DNA of 64,000 nucleotides, taken from positions 16,013-80,012 of the forward strand of contig CAZEWH010000003.1 in the NCBI GenBank assembly GCA_964515785.1, written 5' to 3'. Source of the stretch: an uncultured Gammaproteobacteria bacterium (GTDB lineage Bacteria; Patescibacteriota; Patescibacteriia; UBA1558; GWA2-36-10). Each line of letters begins with the position of its first letter. Within the stretch, counting starts at the first letter, position 1. The position numbers and the translations under genes were made by a program. Below are positions 9,504 through 20,144 of this stretch, piece after piece. The notes beneath the pieces are model-generated. The model did no database searches, was not told the origin of the DNA, and worked only from the letters and a program-made list of their open reading frames with translations.

Positions 9504-9579
9504 ATTTTTCTTTTTTCAAAAAATATTGTATAATGTAGGTAGCTAATAAATATACAAATAAAAAACTAAAAATAAAAAT

Positions 9580-10554
9580 ATGAAACCTTTTTACAGAAAA
9601 ATATACCCTCGATCTTGGAAAACAGTCAAAAACAATTTTTCTTTATTGTTTTTTGGTCTATTTGCTTCGATTCTGGGTTTTCAAGAAATGACAATTATCT
9701 TTAATTTTAACGAATTAGAGGCTGACTTCTTGAGCGCTACTATCATGTCTTTATACGAATGGATCAGTATAATAGCCATGACTCAAATAACTTGGGCTAA
9801 TGTCCCAGCTATCCTAAACCTTGTACTAATCTTTATTATTTTTGCTGCTATTATTATTTTGGCAATATCTTCACAAGGTGCTTTGATCTCTGCAGCAGTT
9901 GATGCCACTAGTAAAAGCAAAAAAACAATTAGTACTTATTTTTCCAAACATTTCCAAATTGGTTTAGAAAAATTTTGGTCATTACTTGGCCTTAATATAG
10001 TAAATATCTTGATTGGTTACTTCTTTGTTAAACTAATTATTCAACCATTAATTTATTTTATTGTTGTTAGTAATACTGGTCCTGGTCTTTACCTATTATT
10101 GTCTATAATAATCTTCTTTATTCTTGTACCACTAGTAGTAATTATCTCTTTTGTTACACGCTACGGAGCAGCTTATATTATTTTGAAAAACCAAAACTTT
10201 AGTAAAGCTTTTGTAAACGGTTGGAATCTATTTAAAGCCAATTGGTTGATTACTATAGAAAATGCAGTATTGTTGATTTTGATTACTTTTGTCTTCTTTT
10301 TACTAATGATATCAGCAATGGTCTTTGTCTTTACTCCATTTTTGATTCTTAGCTTTTTGATAGCAGCTAATACTCTAATTTATTGGCTAATCATATTGAT
10401 AGGCTCTTTACTAGCTGTTATCATTTTTATCCTAGCTGGTGGTATGTTTGGTGCCTATTATAATATAACCTGGGCTAATATCTGGATTCAATTAACTGCT
10501 AAAGGTAAAAGTCACAGTAAAATCCAACGAGCTACTAAAAAATATTTACCCTAA
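9580..10554 (+). CDS. Multi-pass membrane protein
   Basis: About 6-7 hydrophobic helices; 324 aa. Confidence 0.8.
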   Translation: MKPFYRKIYPRSWKTVKNNFSLLFFGLFASILGFQEMTIIFNFNELEADFLSATIMSLYEWISIIAMTQITWANVPAILNLVLIFIIFAAIIILAISSQGALISAAVDATSKSKKTISTYFSKHFQIGLEKFWSLLGLNIVNILIGYFFVKLIIQPLIYFIVVSNTGPGLYLLLSIIIFFILVPLVVIISFVTRYGAAYIILKNQNFSKAFVNGWNLFKANWLITIENAVLLILITFVFFLLMISAMVFVFTPFLILSFLIAANTLIYWLIILIGSLLAVIIFILAGGMFGAYYNITWANIWIQLTAKGKSHSKIQRATKKYLP

Positions 10555-10567
10555 ATAATATTTCCTG

Positions 10568-10584
10568 CCCCGCCTTTGGCGGGG
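10568..10584. repeat. CCGCC-NNN-GGCGG short palindrome used as terminator
   Basis: CCCCGCCTTTGGCGGGG plus T-run; same core at 12407, 39258 and 48572. Confidence 0.7.
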
Positions 10585-10653
10585 TTTTTTGATTGACTTT
10601 AAAGACTAGTAAAAGTATAATTATCTATATATTGATACTTAATTGTATAAAAC

Positions 10654-12393
10654 ATGTCTGACAAATCAAAATTATCCATAAGCTCTGGAAAAAGTAAACA
10701 AAAATTGTCTTCAAAGCTTTCTGAATTGGAAATAAAAGAAAAAGAAAGACAGACCGAGGAACAAGCTACCAAAGATGGCTTGTCTTATATCAATCTTCAT
10801 AAATTTCCTATTTCACAATCAGCTGTAAAAATGATTCCACGTGATAAAGCTGAATCTCTACAAACCATTTGTATTTTGTATAGCGGAGAAGAATTACGCC
10901 TAGCTTCATTGAATCCACGTAACCCACAAGTATCCAAATTGGGAAAAGAACTCGGCGATAGATATCATGCTAATGTAAAAATATACTTAACCTCAAAATA
11001 CAGCTTTGAACAAGCTTTAGAAATCTACAAAACTATTCCTATTATTACCCAAATGGAAGGAGTTAGTATTTCAGAAGAAGATCTAAATAAATTTGATGAA
11101 AAACTACAAAATTTTAAGGGCTTGGAAAAATTAATTGAAGAAACTGGCCTAACAGAATCAATCAATTTGATCATGGCTGCTGGTCTAAAATTTGATGCTT
11201 CAGATGTACATATTGAAGCTGAAGCTGAAACTGTCAAAGTCAGACTTAGAATTGATGGAGTATTACATGAAACAGCCGTCTTACCAAAAGAAGCCTGGAA
11301 TAAAATTGCTTCTCGTATCAAATTATTATCTGGTCTTAAAATAAATGTTACTGATAAACCACAAGATGGTCGTTTTGCCATTAAACTTAGTACAGAAGAA
11401 ATAGATGTTAGGGTATCGTTTATTCCTTCCAATTATGGCGAAAGTATTGTCATGCGTTTATTACGTTCTTCTAGTATCGGTCTAGAATTTGAAAAACTGG
11501 GCCTACGCGGCAAAGCCTATAATGATTTACTCAATGAATTTTCAAAACCAAACGGTATGATTTTGACGACTGGTCCGACTGGCTCTGGTAAAACTACTAC
11601 TCTTTATGCCATTTTAAATAAACTCAACCAAGAAGACACAAAAATAATTACTTTAGAAGATCCAATTGAATATAAATTACCAGGTATTATCCAAAGTCAA
11701 GTTGATACTGGTGAAGCTGGAGCCGATGTCGCTCCTGCTGCCGCTACTACTATAGTCAAACCAAGTGTTCGTTATACTTTTGCCAAAGGCTTGAGAGCTA
11801 TTTTGCGTCAAGATCCTGATATTGTGATGGTTGGTGAAATTCGAGACCTAGAAACAGCTGATACAGCTATAAATGCAGCTTTGACTGGTCATTTATTACT
11901 ATCTACCTTACATACCAATTCAGCTGCTGGTGCTATACCCCGCTTTTTAGCTATGGGAGTCAAACCATTTTTACTAGCCCCTTCACTCAATGCTATCATT
12001 GGTCAGCGTCTAGCTCGCCGTCTTTGCCAAAAATGTAAAGTAGAAGATAAAAAAGTAGATAATAAAACTATGACTCTGGTCATGAATACTCTAAATGAAA
12101 TCGATGCTAGTTCTGGTCATAAACTCAATGATCTATCTGATCTTAAATTTTTCAAAGCTAAGGGCTGTAAAGAATGTCATGATCTAGGATATAAAGGACG
12201 GGTTGGTATTTATGAAATTTTTACAATGAGTCCAGAGATAGAAAAAATGATCCTGAGTGGTAAAGTTTCAGAATATGAAATAGAAAAAACCGCTATCAAA
12301 GGCGGCATGATTACTATGATGCAGGATGGATTTTTGAAAGCACTCGATGGATTGACTTCTATCGAAGAAGTACTCAAAGAAGTCAAAGCTTAG
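10654..12393 (+). CDS. pilB: GspE/PilB family type IV pilus assembly ATPase
   Basis: ASDVHIE, PQDGR, GPTGSGKTT, EDPIE, LRQDPD..VGEIRD, TGHL, Zn-binding CxxC...CxxC, GYKGR. Confidence 0.9.
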   Translation: MSDKSKLSISSGKSKQKLSSKLSELEIKEKERQTEEQATKDGLSYINLHKFPISQSAVKMIPRDKAESLQTICILYSGEELRLASLNPRNPQVSKLGKELGDRYHANVKIYLTSKYSFEQALEIYKTIPIITQMEGVSISEEDLNKFDEKLQNFKGLEKLIEETGLTESINLIMAAGLKFDASDVHIEAEAETVKVRLRIDGVLHETAVLPKEAWNKIASRIKLLSGLKINVTDKPQDGRFAIKLSTEEIDVRVSFIPSNYGESIVMRLLRSSSIGLEFEKLGLRGKAYNDLLNEFSKPNGMILTTGPTGSGKTTTLYAILNKLNQEDTKIITLEDPIEYKLPGIIQSQVDTGEAGADVAPAAATTIVKPSVRYTFAKGLRAILRQDPDIVMVGEIRDLETADTAINAALTGHLLLSTLHTNSAAGAIPRFLAMGVKPFLLAPSLNAIIGQRLARRLCQKCKVEDKKVDNKTMTLVMNTLNEIDASSGHKLNDLSDLKFFKAKGCKECHDLGYKGRVGIYEIFTMSPEIEKMILSGKVSEYEIEKTAIKGGMITMMQDGFLKALDGLTSIEEVLKEVKA

Positions 12394-12406
12394 ACTAATT
12401 ATAAAA

Positions 12407-12423
12407 CCCCGCCGTTGGCGGGG
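12407..12423. repeat. CCGCC-NNN-GGCGG palindrome; bidirectional terminator between pilB and valS
   Basis: CCCCGCCGTTGGCGGGG flanked by A and T runs. Confidence 0.7.
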
Positions 12424-12428
12424 CTTTT

Positions 12429-14939
12429 TTATTTCAACTTATTTTTAGCTTCAATTAAATTTTGTTTATTTTGCTCTATCACTTGTGGTGGAGCATTTTT
12501 GATAAACTTTTTATTAGCTAACTTTGCTTCTAAAGATTTTACATATTTGGCTAGATCAGCTTTTTCTTTATCTGACATAGCTTTAGTTAAATTAATCCAA
12601 CCACTAGTCTGATTGATAGTAAATTTTTTGGCTCTGCTAATTTCTGTAACTAAATTCACACGACATAATTTAGATATATTTTCTAAGTCTTGTTTAGAAA
12701 ACAATTTACTTTCTAATTTACAATCTGGTAAATCTTTAGGAGGGATCTTATTATCAGCTTTTAAATTTCTGATCTTAGTGACCAAATTTTTTAGTTCAGA
12801 AAAATCCTTAATAGCTTTATTGTCTGCTTTACTAGCTGGTGGCCACTTGTCTATCAACAATAAATTTTTAGAGCCAAATTCTTGCCAAATAACTTCTGTG
12901 ATAAAAGGCGTAAATGGATGCCAAAGAATTAATAATCTTTCTAAGATATATAATAATATCTTGTCTTTGCCTTTTTCTAATTTAGCAATTTCCAGATACC
13001 AATCGGCCAATTTTGCCCAGGTAAATTCATAAAGCTTTTCACCAGCTTGAGAAAATCTATAATTATCAAGATCTTGGGTAATTTCTTGAACCAAGTTATC
13101 AAACTCAGCCAATATCCACTTATCAGCTAAAGTACTTGGCTTTGGTCTAGTTTTGACTATCTCTATTTTATTTACTGTAGTAAAAATAAATCTAGAAATA
13201 TTCCAAAGTTTATTTACAAAATTTCTATAGCCAGCAATTTTTTCTTCATAAAGGTTTAAATCAGCCCCTGGTGATGAACCAATTACTAATGATAACCTCA
13301 AAGCATCAGTACCAAATTTATTGATCATATCTAGAGGATCTATACCATTACCTAAAGACTTGGACATCTTGCGACCTTGCTTGTCACGGATCATACCATG
13401 CAGATAAACAGTTTCAAATGGCTTGTCATCCAATAAATATTCAGACATCAGTATCATACGAGCTACCCAGAAAAACAAAATATCATAACCAGTCTCCATC
13501 ACGCTGGTCGGATGAAAATTTTTGAAATCTGTAGTCTTATCAGGCCAACCTAAAGTTGAAAAAGTCCATAAAGAAGAAGAAAACCAAGTATCAAGAGTAT
13601 CTGGGTCTTGCTTCCAACCCCCACCTGTTGGTTTATCTAGGCTAACTTTTATTTTATTGCCCTTGTACCAAACAGGTATCCTATGTCCCCACCAGATTTG
13701 TCTAGAAATACACCAATCATGCAAATTATTCATCCAGTGATAATATGTTTTTTTAAATCTATCAGGTAATATTTCAATATCGCCTTTTTTAACAACTTCA
13801 GTAGATAGTTGTTTAAGGGTTTTGTTACGACCTGGTATTTTTTTGTCTACTGCTACAAACCATTGCTCAGAAGTAAGTGGCTCAATAGCTGTACCACAAC
13901 GATAACAAACTGATAAATTATGTACATAATTTTCATCAATTTTTTCTACTAGGTCTTTTTTCTTTAAAATCTCTACAACTTTTTGGCGGGCATCTTTGAC
14001 TGGCAAACCAGCCATATCACCGGCTGCTGAAGTTAACTTACCATCTTTGTCTATAATCTGTTCTATTTCTAGATTATGCTTTTGAGCTAATTCAAAATCA
14101 GCAAAACTATGAGCTGGTGTGATTGTCATAGCACCACTACCCATTTCCATGTCAGCAATTGGATCAGCAATTACTTTGGCCTTGATCTTACCATTGATCC
14201 ATTCAACATCAAATTCTTTGCCAATTATGTTTTTGTATCTTTTGTCTTTAGGATGAACTATGATGACTTTATCAGAAAACTTTGTCTCTGGACGAGCCGT
14301 ACCAATCACTACTGGACCATATTTAAAATAATAAAATGGACTTTTCTGTTCTTTGTATTCAACCTCGTCATCAGCCAGGGTCGAAGCACAGCGTGGACAC
14401 CAATTTACTATGCGATTACCTCTATATATCAAACCATCTTTGTACATTTTGATAAAAGCTTGATTGACTGCATGAGATAAACCATCATCAAAAGTATATC
14501 TTTCTCGAGACCAGTCACAGCTAGCTCCCATCTTACGAATCTGATTACGGATAGTATCTTGGCTTTCGGCTACATATTTTTTGACTCGTGACAAAAACTT
14601 GACTCTGCCTAGTGTGTGTCGGTCAGTACCTTCATCGGCTAATATTTTTTCTACTTTGGTCTGAGTAGCGATCGCTGCATGATCAGTCCCTGGCAACCAT
14701 AAAGTCTGATATCCCTGCAAACGCTTGTAGCGAATCATCAAATCCTCATAAGCCATAGTCGAAGCATGGCCAAGATGCAAAATGCCGGTCGCATTGGGAG
14801 GCGGCATGGAAATAGTAAAAGTCTTGCTTGTTTTTTTGAGATTATCAGGATTAAAAAAACCAGACTGTTCCCACAGCTGATAGATATTGTCTTCATAAGA
14901 AGCCGGTATATATGCTTTTGGTAATTCTTTTTTACTCAT
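12429..14939 (-). CDS. valS: Valine--tRNA ligase
   Basis: PPPNATG.LHLGH, DHAAIATQ, DWCISRQIWWGH, LDTWFSS, KMSKS; start set at MSKK. Confidence 0.97.
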   Translation of the reverse strand: MSKKELPKAYIPASYEDNIYQLWEQSGFFNPDNLKKTSKTFTISMPPPNATGILHLGHASTMAYEDLMIRYKRLQGYQTLWLPGTDHAAIATQTKVEKILADEGTDRHTLGRVKFLSRVKKYVAESQDTIRNQIRKMGASCDWSRERYTFDDGLSHAVNQAFIKMYKDGLIYRGNRIVNWCPRCASTLADDEVEYKEQKSPFYYFKYGPVVIGTARPETKFSDKVIIVHPKDKRYKNIIGKEFDVEWINGKIKAKVIADPIADMEMGSGAMTITPAHSFADFELAQKHNLEIEQIIDKDGKLTSAAGDMAGLPVKDARQKVVEILKKKDLVEKIDENYVHNLSVCYRCGTAIEPLTSEQWFVAVDKKIPGRNKTLKQLSTEVVKKGDIEILPDRFKKTYYHWMNNLHDWCISRQIWWGHRIPVWYKGNKIKVSLDKPTGGGWKQDPDTLDTWFSSSLWTFSTLGWPDKTTDFKNFHPTSVMETGYDILFFWVARMILMSEYLLDDKPFETVYLHGMIRDKQGRKMSKSLGNGIDPLDMINKFGTDALRLSLVIGSSPGADLNLYEEKIAGYRNFVNKLWNISRFIFTTVNKIEIVKTRPKPSTLADKWILAEFDNLVQEITQDLDNYRFSQAGEKLYEFTWAKLADWYLEIAKLEKGKDKILLYILERLLILWHPFTPFITEVIWQEFGSKNLLLIDKWPPASKADNKAIKDFSELKNLVTKIRNLKADNKIPPKDLPDCKLESKLFSKQDLENISKLCRVNLVTEISRAKKFTINQTSGWINLTKAMSDKEKADLAKYVKSLEAKLANKKFIKNAPPQVIEQNKQNLIEAKNKLK

Positions 14940-14940
14940 T

Positions 14941-15363
14941 CTAATCATCAATTACTATACGACGTTTGGTGTCATTGATATAGTCAAATTTAACATTTAT
15001 AGTATTAGTTGGCAAATTGCTTATTTTGTCAGCCCATTCTATAACAATCACAGCATCCTCTGCTAAAAAATCACTCAAGCCAATATCTTTGAGGTCCTCG
15101 ACTCCATCAAGTCTATAACAATCAGTATGCACAAATTGTTTTATACCATTGTGTTTGATTTCATATACTTTCATCAATACAAAAGTCGGACTAGTGATCT
15201 CTTCTTTGATGCCTAGAGCTGTAGCAAGTGCTTTGACAAAAATTGTCTTACCTACACCCAAATTTCCAGACAAAGCAATCACTTCTCCACCCCTTAATTT
15301 ATCAGCTAAAATTTTAGCTATTTTACCAGTTTCTTCTATATTATTAGTAACAAATTCTTGCAT
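14941..15363 (-). CDS. tsaE: t6A biosynthesis ATPase TsaE
   Basis: LSGNLGVGKT, SPTF, H.D.YRL, IEWA. Confidence 0.95.
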   Translation of the reverse strand: MQEFVTNNIEETGKIAKILADKLRGGEVIALSGNLGVGKTIFVKALATALGIKEEITSPTFVLMKVYEIKHNGIKQFVHTDCYRLDGVEDLKDIGLSDFLAEDAVIVIEWADKISNLPTNTINVKFDYINDTKRRIVIDD

Positions 15364-15396
15364 AAATTTTTATTTTTATTGTTAAGTAATTATAAG

Positions 15397-16440
15397 TTAT
15401 TTCTCAGTTAATTGCCAATTGGCTTTTGGCTGCATTGACATTAAATCTTGTTTTTTAAATACTTGCCCAGAGTTGGCAACTTGATAATAAGCTGCAGCAG
15501 CTATCATGGCTGCATTGTCCCCAGTAAATTTTAGATCTGGATAAAATAATGGCAACTTATATTGATCAGCTTTAGTTTGTAAAGCTTGACGTAGAGCATT
15601 ATTAGCTGATACTCCTCCGGCTATCATGATAGATTTGACACCAAACTCACCTGCTGCTCTCATAGTCTTGTGTATTAAGACATCTATGACTGCTGTCTGA
15701 AAACTATCACACATGTTTTTTATTTCTTTGGTATCTACATCACCTTCTTTTTCTAAAGCATAGAGTACGGCAGTTTTAAGACCAGCCAAACTAAAATCAT
15801 AATCTTTATTATTTATCATAGGGCGAGGAAGTTTGTAAGCTGTATGATCTCCACCTTGAGCTAAGTCACTGACTATTGGACCACCAGGATATCCTAATTC
15901 CATGAGCTTGGCTACTTTATCAAAAGCTTCACCTACTGCGTCATCCAAAGTCTTGCCTAATAATTTGTATTGTCCATGCCCAGTCATGAGTATTAATTCT
16001 GTATGCCCACCTGAGACTATTAATACTAAAACAGGAAAATATTTCTTATCATCTTTTACTAACTTATCATGACCAAGCCAGTTAGAGTATATATGCCCTT
16101 CTATATGATTGACTGGCACAAGTGGCAAATTATTAGCAAAAGCCAAAGTCTTGGCTACTGTAGTACCAAGCAACAAAGAAGTGATCAAGCCTGGCCCTTG
16201 CGTGACTGCTATATAATCTATTTTCTTAAAGTCTTTTGGTTTAATAGTGCTATCCAATAAAGGCATAATAGTTTCTAGATGCTTGCGTGCTGCTACTTCT
16301 GGTACTACTCCGCCGTATTGTTTATGAATGTCTATTTGGGAATAAATCTGATTTTTTTCTAATTTTAAACTACCTTGTTTAGCAGACAACAAGGCAATAG
16401 CTGTTTCATCACAAGATGTTTCTATAGCAAGTATTTTCAT
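15397..16440 (-). CDS. tsaD: tRNA N6-threonylcarbamoyltransferase TsaD
   Basis: ILAIETSCDET, GGVVPEVAARKH, NHIEGH, SGGHT, DNAAMI; leaderless start at 16440. Confidence 0.97.
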   Translation of the reverse strand: MKILAIETSCDETAIALLSAKQGSLKLEKNQIYSQIDIHKQYGGVVPEVAARKHLETIMPLLDSTIKPKDFKKIDYIAVTQGPGLITSLLLGTTVAKTLAFANNLPLVPVNHIEGHIYSNWLGHDKLVKDDKKYFPVLVLIVSGGHTELILMTGHGQYKLLGKTLDDAVGEAFDKVAKLMELGYPGGPIVSDLAQGGDHTAYKLPRPMINNKDYDFSLAGLKTAVLYALEKEGDVDTKEIKNMCDSFQTAVIDVLIHKTMRAAGEFGVKSIMIAGGVSANNALRQALQTKADQYKLPLFYPDLKFTGDNAAMIAAAAYYQVANSGQVFKKQDLMSMQPKANWQLTEK

Positions 16441-16544
16441 AGCTATATTATAGCAGAAATCTTGACAAAATATAATCAAAATGTTAAGTTGAGTTGTTTT
16501 TCGTAGTACACTTCAACCTTAAAGAAAAAAGGCAAGGTAAATAA

Positions 16545-17234
16545 ATGAATAATCGTACTGGTATTCTGGTCCATGGCTGTCACGTACAAGCCGAGGACTG
16601 GGAACGCATTGTCTGGGGTGAACCACCCTATCAGTTAGGTCGTATCCCCGCAGCCGTGTTACTGGCTATCAAAACTGAAGCCAGAATGATCATCTTTGGC
16701 ACTGGTGCCTCTCAAACTCCTGAGGGTATCAAAGAAGGTCAGGCTACTCTCAATCTCTTGAAAGAGCGTTGGGATAATCTGTGTGACTTCATAGACCTGG
16801 AAGAAAAGTACCAAGGAGGTGGCTGGCCTAATAAGGAAAACTTCCTCGATATTTGTGTTGCTGAGATCGAATCTCAAAACACTGTCGATGAAGTCCGTAA
16901 CGCTGGTCAAATCTTCGCAGATGCTGGCATTGACAGAATCTGTCTGGTCTCCAGCCCGACTCATTTGTCACGTTGCCTGCTCAACGCCATGCAAGTTTTT
17001 GGCAAGACTCCGGAACTTCAGCATCTGATGCGTGGACTGTTTGCTCATCCGAGTGACACCTGCTATGCTGGAGCGACTACCGATGACATCGTGGTCCTTG
17101 AGCCAAATCACCGCGGTGATATTGAGCCGACTAGTCCTCAGCTCAACGAATTAGTTCCTCGATTCTTTGGACTCCAAGACAAACAAAGCTTTGTCGAAGA
17201 TTTTGAAGCTCTGTTGCGTAAACACGGCGCTTAA
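16545..17234 (+). CDS. DUF218/YdcF-like Rossmann-fold protein (cassette F)
   Basis: IIFGTG...EG, E.ESQNT.DE, LVSSPTHLSRC; GC-rich; TTGACA-17-TAAGTT promoter; terminator 17241-17270. Confidence 0.75.
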   Translation: MNNRTGILVHGCHVQAEDWERIVWGEPPYQLGRIPAAVLLAIKTEARMIIFGTGASQTPEGIKEGQATLNLLKERWDNLCDFIDLEEKYQGGGWPNKENFLDICVAEIESQNTVDEVRNAGQIFADAGIDRICLVSSPTHLSRCLLNAMQVFGKTPELQHLMRGLFAHPSDTCYAGATTDDIVVLEPNHRGDIEPTSPQLNELVPRFFGLQDKQSFVEDFEALLRKHGA

Positions 17235-17300
17235 ATCTTCAAAGACTCTCAGAATTTTGAGAGTCTTTTTCTTTTATGTAAAATATGCTTAGATATAATT

Positions 17301-17921
17301 ATGCCCAGAAAAAAATTAATAAAATTCAAAGAATTAAACAAACTAACTAATACTATTCAGTTTGACCAGCCAGATATCAAAAATAGACTAGCTAATTTTG
17401 TAGTTGATCAAGATATTATTTTAGAACTAGCTTGTGGTAAGGCTGAATATGCTAATGAGTTAGCTAAAAAATATCCAGATAAAATAGTCATTGCCATAGA
17501 TATCCAAGGCGAACGCTTATGGCATGGCGCCAAACAAGCTCAAGATAATAATATAAATAATATTTTATTTCTAAGAGCTCAAATAAAAAATATAGAACAA
17601 TATTTTAAGCCAAATTCTGTAGCAGAAATATGGATTACTTTTCCTGATCCTTTTCCTCGAAAAAGCCAAATCAAAAAAAGATTGACTAGTCCTAGATTTT
17701 TAAAGATTTATAAAAATATTTTGAAACCTAATAATTTACTTCATCTCAAAACTGACGATGAAAAATTATATAATTATTCTATAAAGTCTATTCAAGATTT
17801 TAACGGCAAAATTATTAGTAAACAGCAAGATAGCTTATTAGATACACAAAGCTATTTTGAAAAAAAGCATTTAGCTAATAATAAAAAAATATATTACTTG
17901 AGATTTAGTTTAACCCCCTAA
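17301..17921 (+). CDS. trmB: tRNA (guanine-N7)-methyltransferase TrmB
   Basis: LELACGKAE, IWITFPDP, KKRLT, HLKTD. Confidence 0.93.
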   Translation: MPRKKLIKFKELNKLTNTIQFDQPDIKNRLANFVVDQDIILELACGKAEYANELAKKYPDKIVIAIDIQGERLWHGAKQAQDNNINNILFLRAQIKNIEQYFKPNSVAEIWITFPDPFPRKSQIKKRLTSPRFLKIYKNILKPNNLLHLKTDDEKLYNYSIKSIQDFNGKIISKQQDSLLDTQSYFEKKHLANNKKIYYLRFSLTP

Positions 17922-18008
17922 ATCCCCCTTGTCAGGGGGACTTGATGAACATAGAACAATATTAGTTAATTAGTTCCTCTCCTGACAAGGGGAGGTCAGG
18001 AGGGGTTA
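17911..18008. repeat. REP/MITE-like composite palindrome
   Basis: TAACCCC...GGGGTTA ends; inner inverted units CCCCTTGTCAGG / CCTGACAAGGGG; supplies the trmB stop codon. Confidence 0.75.
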
Positions 18009-18045
18009 AATAAAAAACCAGTCTTGTGTGACTGGTTTTAATGTG

Positions 18046-18450
18046 CTATTTCTTCTTGGTCTTGGACGAAGCAAGACGACTGCCTACATAGTTTTGCAAG
18101 GCCTGGAGATATTGCAAATGTTCTGTGCGCAACCTAGGACTAAGCAATTTGTCTTGAAGTTGAGACACGCCACCAAACTTGACCAGGGCTTGAGCACTTA
18201 GATCAAGAAGATCGCCATCATAACCCTTATGAGGATATTGCAATAGGGTTTCAATGCACTGCTGATATGCTTTTTTGGGAATATGCCCTCTAAGCATGAG
18301 AAGAACAGCAATGCGCGTTGGCCAATCACAAGGGTGACGAATTATCATGGCCTCAATTTTTTCGAGAAAAGCAGTCTCTCTACCACCAGTAAACATTTTG
18401 ATTAACAACTCATGCAAAGGCGGACATTCGGCTCCTGGCTTATTAGACAT
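18046..18450 (-). CDS. Hypothetical helical protein (cassette G)
   Basis: AGGAGG SD; GTTCATTTAA motif; TTGACA at 18528-18523; terminator 18012-18040. Confidence 0.75.
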   Translation of the reverse strand: MSNKPGAECPPLHELLIKMFTGGRETAFLEKIEAMIIRHPCDWPTRIAVLLMLRGHIPKKAYQQCIETLLQYPHKGYDGDLLDLSAQALVKFGGVSQLQDKLLSPRLRTEHLQYLQALQNYVGSRLASSKTKKK

Positions 18451-18552
18451 TAGAATCCTCCTATATTAAATGAACGCTTTAGTTGGAAATAAACACTTAT
18501 TTTTATCAAATATACATTAACTTGTCAATTAGTGCTTAAATGCTATATTAAA

Positions 18553-18612
18553 AACACGTGGCTCATGTAGTGAGCTTTACGTGTTGACAATTTGCTATAA
18601 ATATGCTATAAT
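18553..18612 (+). promoter_or_regulatory. Hairpin fused to a consensus sigma70 promoter of leaderless gene 18621
   Basis: AACACGT-GGCTCA...TGAGC-TTT-ACGTGTT; TTGACA(18584)-17-TATAAT(18607); ATG 8 nt later. Confidence 0.7.
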
Positions 18613-18620
18613 ATCTAATT

Positions 18621-20024
18621 ATGAAAAATTTAGTCAAAATCCTAATAGTTACAAGCTTAATGCTCTCTGCTCTGCCTACTCAGGCTACAGGGCTAGCTTT
18701 TGAAAGTATTAATCTTGGTCCTATCACTGGTAATAGTATAGATATTGTTTGGGAAACAAACCAAGCAACTATTGGCACTGTTTATTTTGGTACTAGTCCT
18801 TATAATCTTTCTAACCATCTTGGTACTAACGTCTATAGTATAAACCATACTACTACTTTGACTGGCTTAGAAGGTGACACTACTTATTATTATAAAATAG
18901 TAGCTAGCAACCGATCTGGTGAACAGATAGAGATTTTTACTCGAGACTTTACTACTGGTGATGTGATCGATGGTTCAAAACCAGAAATTATAGCCACCCG
19001 CCTTTTACAAACTACTGGTGACGTAATTGCTTTTTACTTTGAAACAAACAAACCTACTCGTGCTACTATCAGATATAGTGAACATACAGCTGGTGTATTA
19101 CATACTCTTCGTTATCCTAGAGGGTACACTACTCGACATACTGCTCATATATCAAGATTAATACCACTCTCTAGGTACGATATTAAAATAATTGTAGAAG
19201 ATAGAGATAATAGACGAGATTCAAAATATATGGACAATGTTGGCACTACTTCAAAAACAGGTGCACATTACCCACATATGACTATAGAAAATATACGACC
19301 TGATGGTCCTGGCTCTGATATGATTTCTAGTGATTCTGTGACTTTCACTTATCATACAAATCTAGTGGCTGAGAGTTATATTAAATATGGTACTACTCAT
19401 GGTGTATACAAAACCAAAGTTTATGCCAATGATGGTATACAAGACACCAATCATAAAATTGTTTTGAACAATTTACAACCAAATACCAGATACTACTATA
19501 TCATTGCTACAAAAAATGGCTTGTATGGTAAAAACGCTCAAATCAATGAACAAACTTTTACTACTAGACCAGCTCCTCGAGTACTAGGCTTAGTAATTCA
19601 TAGTGACAATGTTGACAATGACAATGATGGCTTATCAAATAATCGTGAATTAGCTCTAGGAACTGATCCAAATAATCCTGACAGCGATGGTGACGGTTAT
19701 AATGACGGTCTAGAAATAGACAATGGTTATAATCCTCTTGGTCCTGGTAGATATAATATTTTTAAATACAATAAACCTCGCTTATCTCATGATTATGAAA
19801 TGTCAAAGTCTATTGAACTCAAACAAGAGTTAGAAAAAATCTTGGGTGGCCTAAACCTTCAAGCTCAAGATTGGTTTACTGTAGTCAATGCTTATATCTA
19901 CGGTGAATATCCAATAGAGGCTATTGCTCAAAGTATCAAACACGGAGGTAAAACTGTACATCCAAATATTGCCTGGGACTTTTGGCAAAAAGCTAAAGAC
20001 TATCTTAATTATATAAATTTATAA
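18621..20024 (+). CDS. Secreted/surface protein with three FN3-like domains and Ca-binding DxDxDG repeats
   Basis: Signal peptide; repeated W.T...V.(Y/F)G...H...L..L...T.YYY; DNDNDGL..NRE..LGTDPNNPDSDGDG. Confidence 0.85.
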   Translation: MKNLVKILIVTSLMLSALPTQATGLAFESINLGPITGNSIDIVWETNQATIGTVYFGTSPYNLSNHLGTNVYSINHTTTLTGLEGDTTYYYKIVASNRSGEQIEIFTRDFTTGDVIDGSKPEIIATRLLQTTGDVIAFYFETNKPTRATIRYSEHTAGVLHTLRYPRGYTTRHTAHISRLIPLSRYDIKIIVEDRDNRRDSKYMDNVGTTSKTGAHYPHMTIENIRPDGPGSDMISSDSVTFTYHTNLVAESYIKYGTTHGVYKTKVYANDGIQDTNHKIVLNNLQPNTRYYYIIATKNGLYGKNAQINEQTFTTRPAPRVLGLVIHSDNVDNDNDGLSNNRELALGTDPNNPDSDGDGYNDGLEIDNGYNPLGPGRYNIFKYNKPRLSHDYEMSKSIELKQELEKILGGLNLQAQDWFTVVNAYIYGEYPIEAIAQSIKHGGKTVHPNIAWDFWQKAKDYLNYINL

Positions 20025-20037
20025 TTTTATATTAAAA

Positions 20038-20099
20038 AATACCCCCTCTCTTTCTCCCCCTAGTCTAGGGGGAGATGTCCGTAGGACAGAGGGGGTATT
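20038..20099. repeat. REP-like three-stem palindrome, copy 1
   Basis: AATACCCCCTCT...TCTCCCCCTAG(T)CTAGGGGGAGA-TGTC..GACAG.GGGGGTATT; near-identical copy at 28231. Confidence 0.85.
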
Positions 20100-20144
20100 T
20101 TTTATTTGACAGCTATTTTATCTAAGAGTATAATACTAGGCAGA

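Noticed and set aside
12429-14939. ValRS with TARPET and PAHSFAD variants in the editing domain
   Set aside because: The distal conserved Asp and the overall domain are retained; editing loss cannot be claimed from sequence alone.
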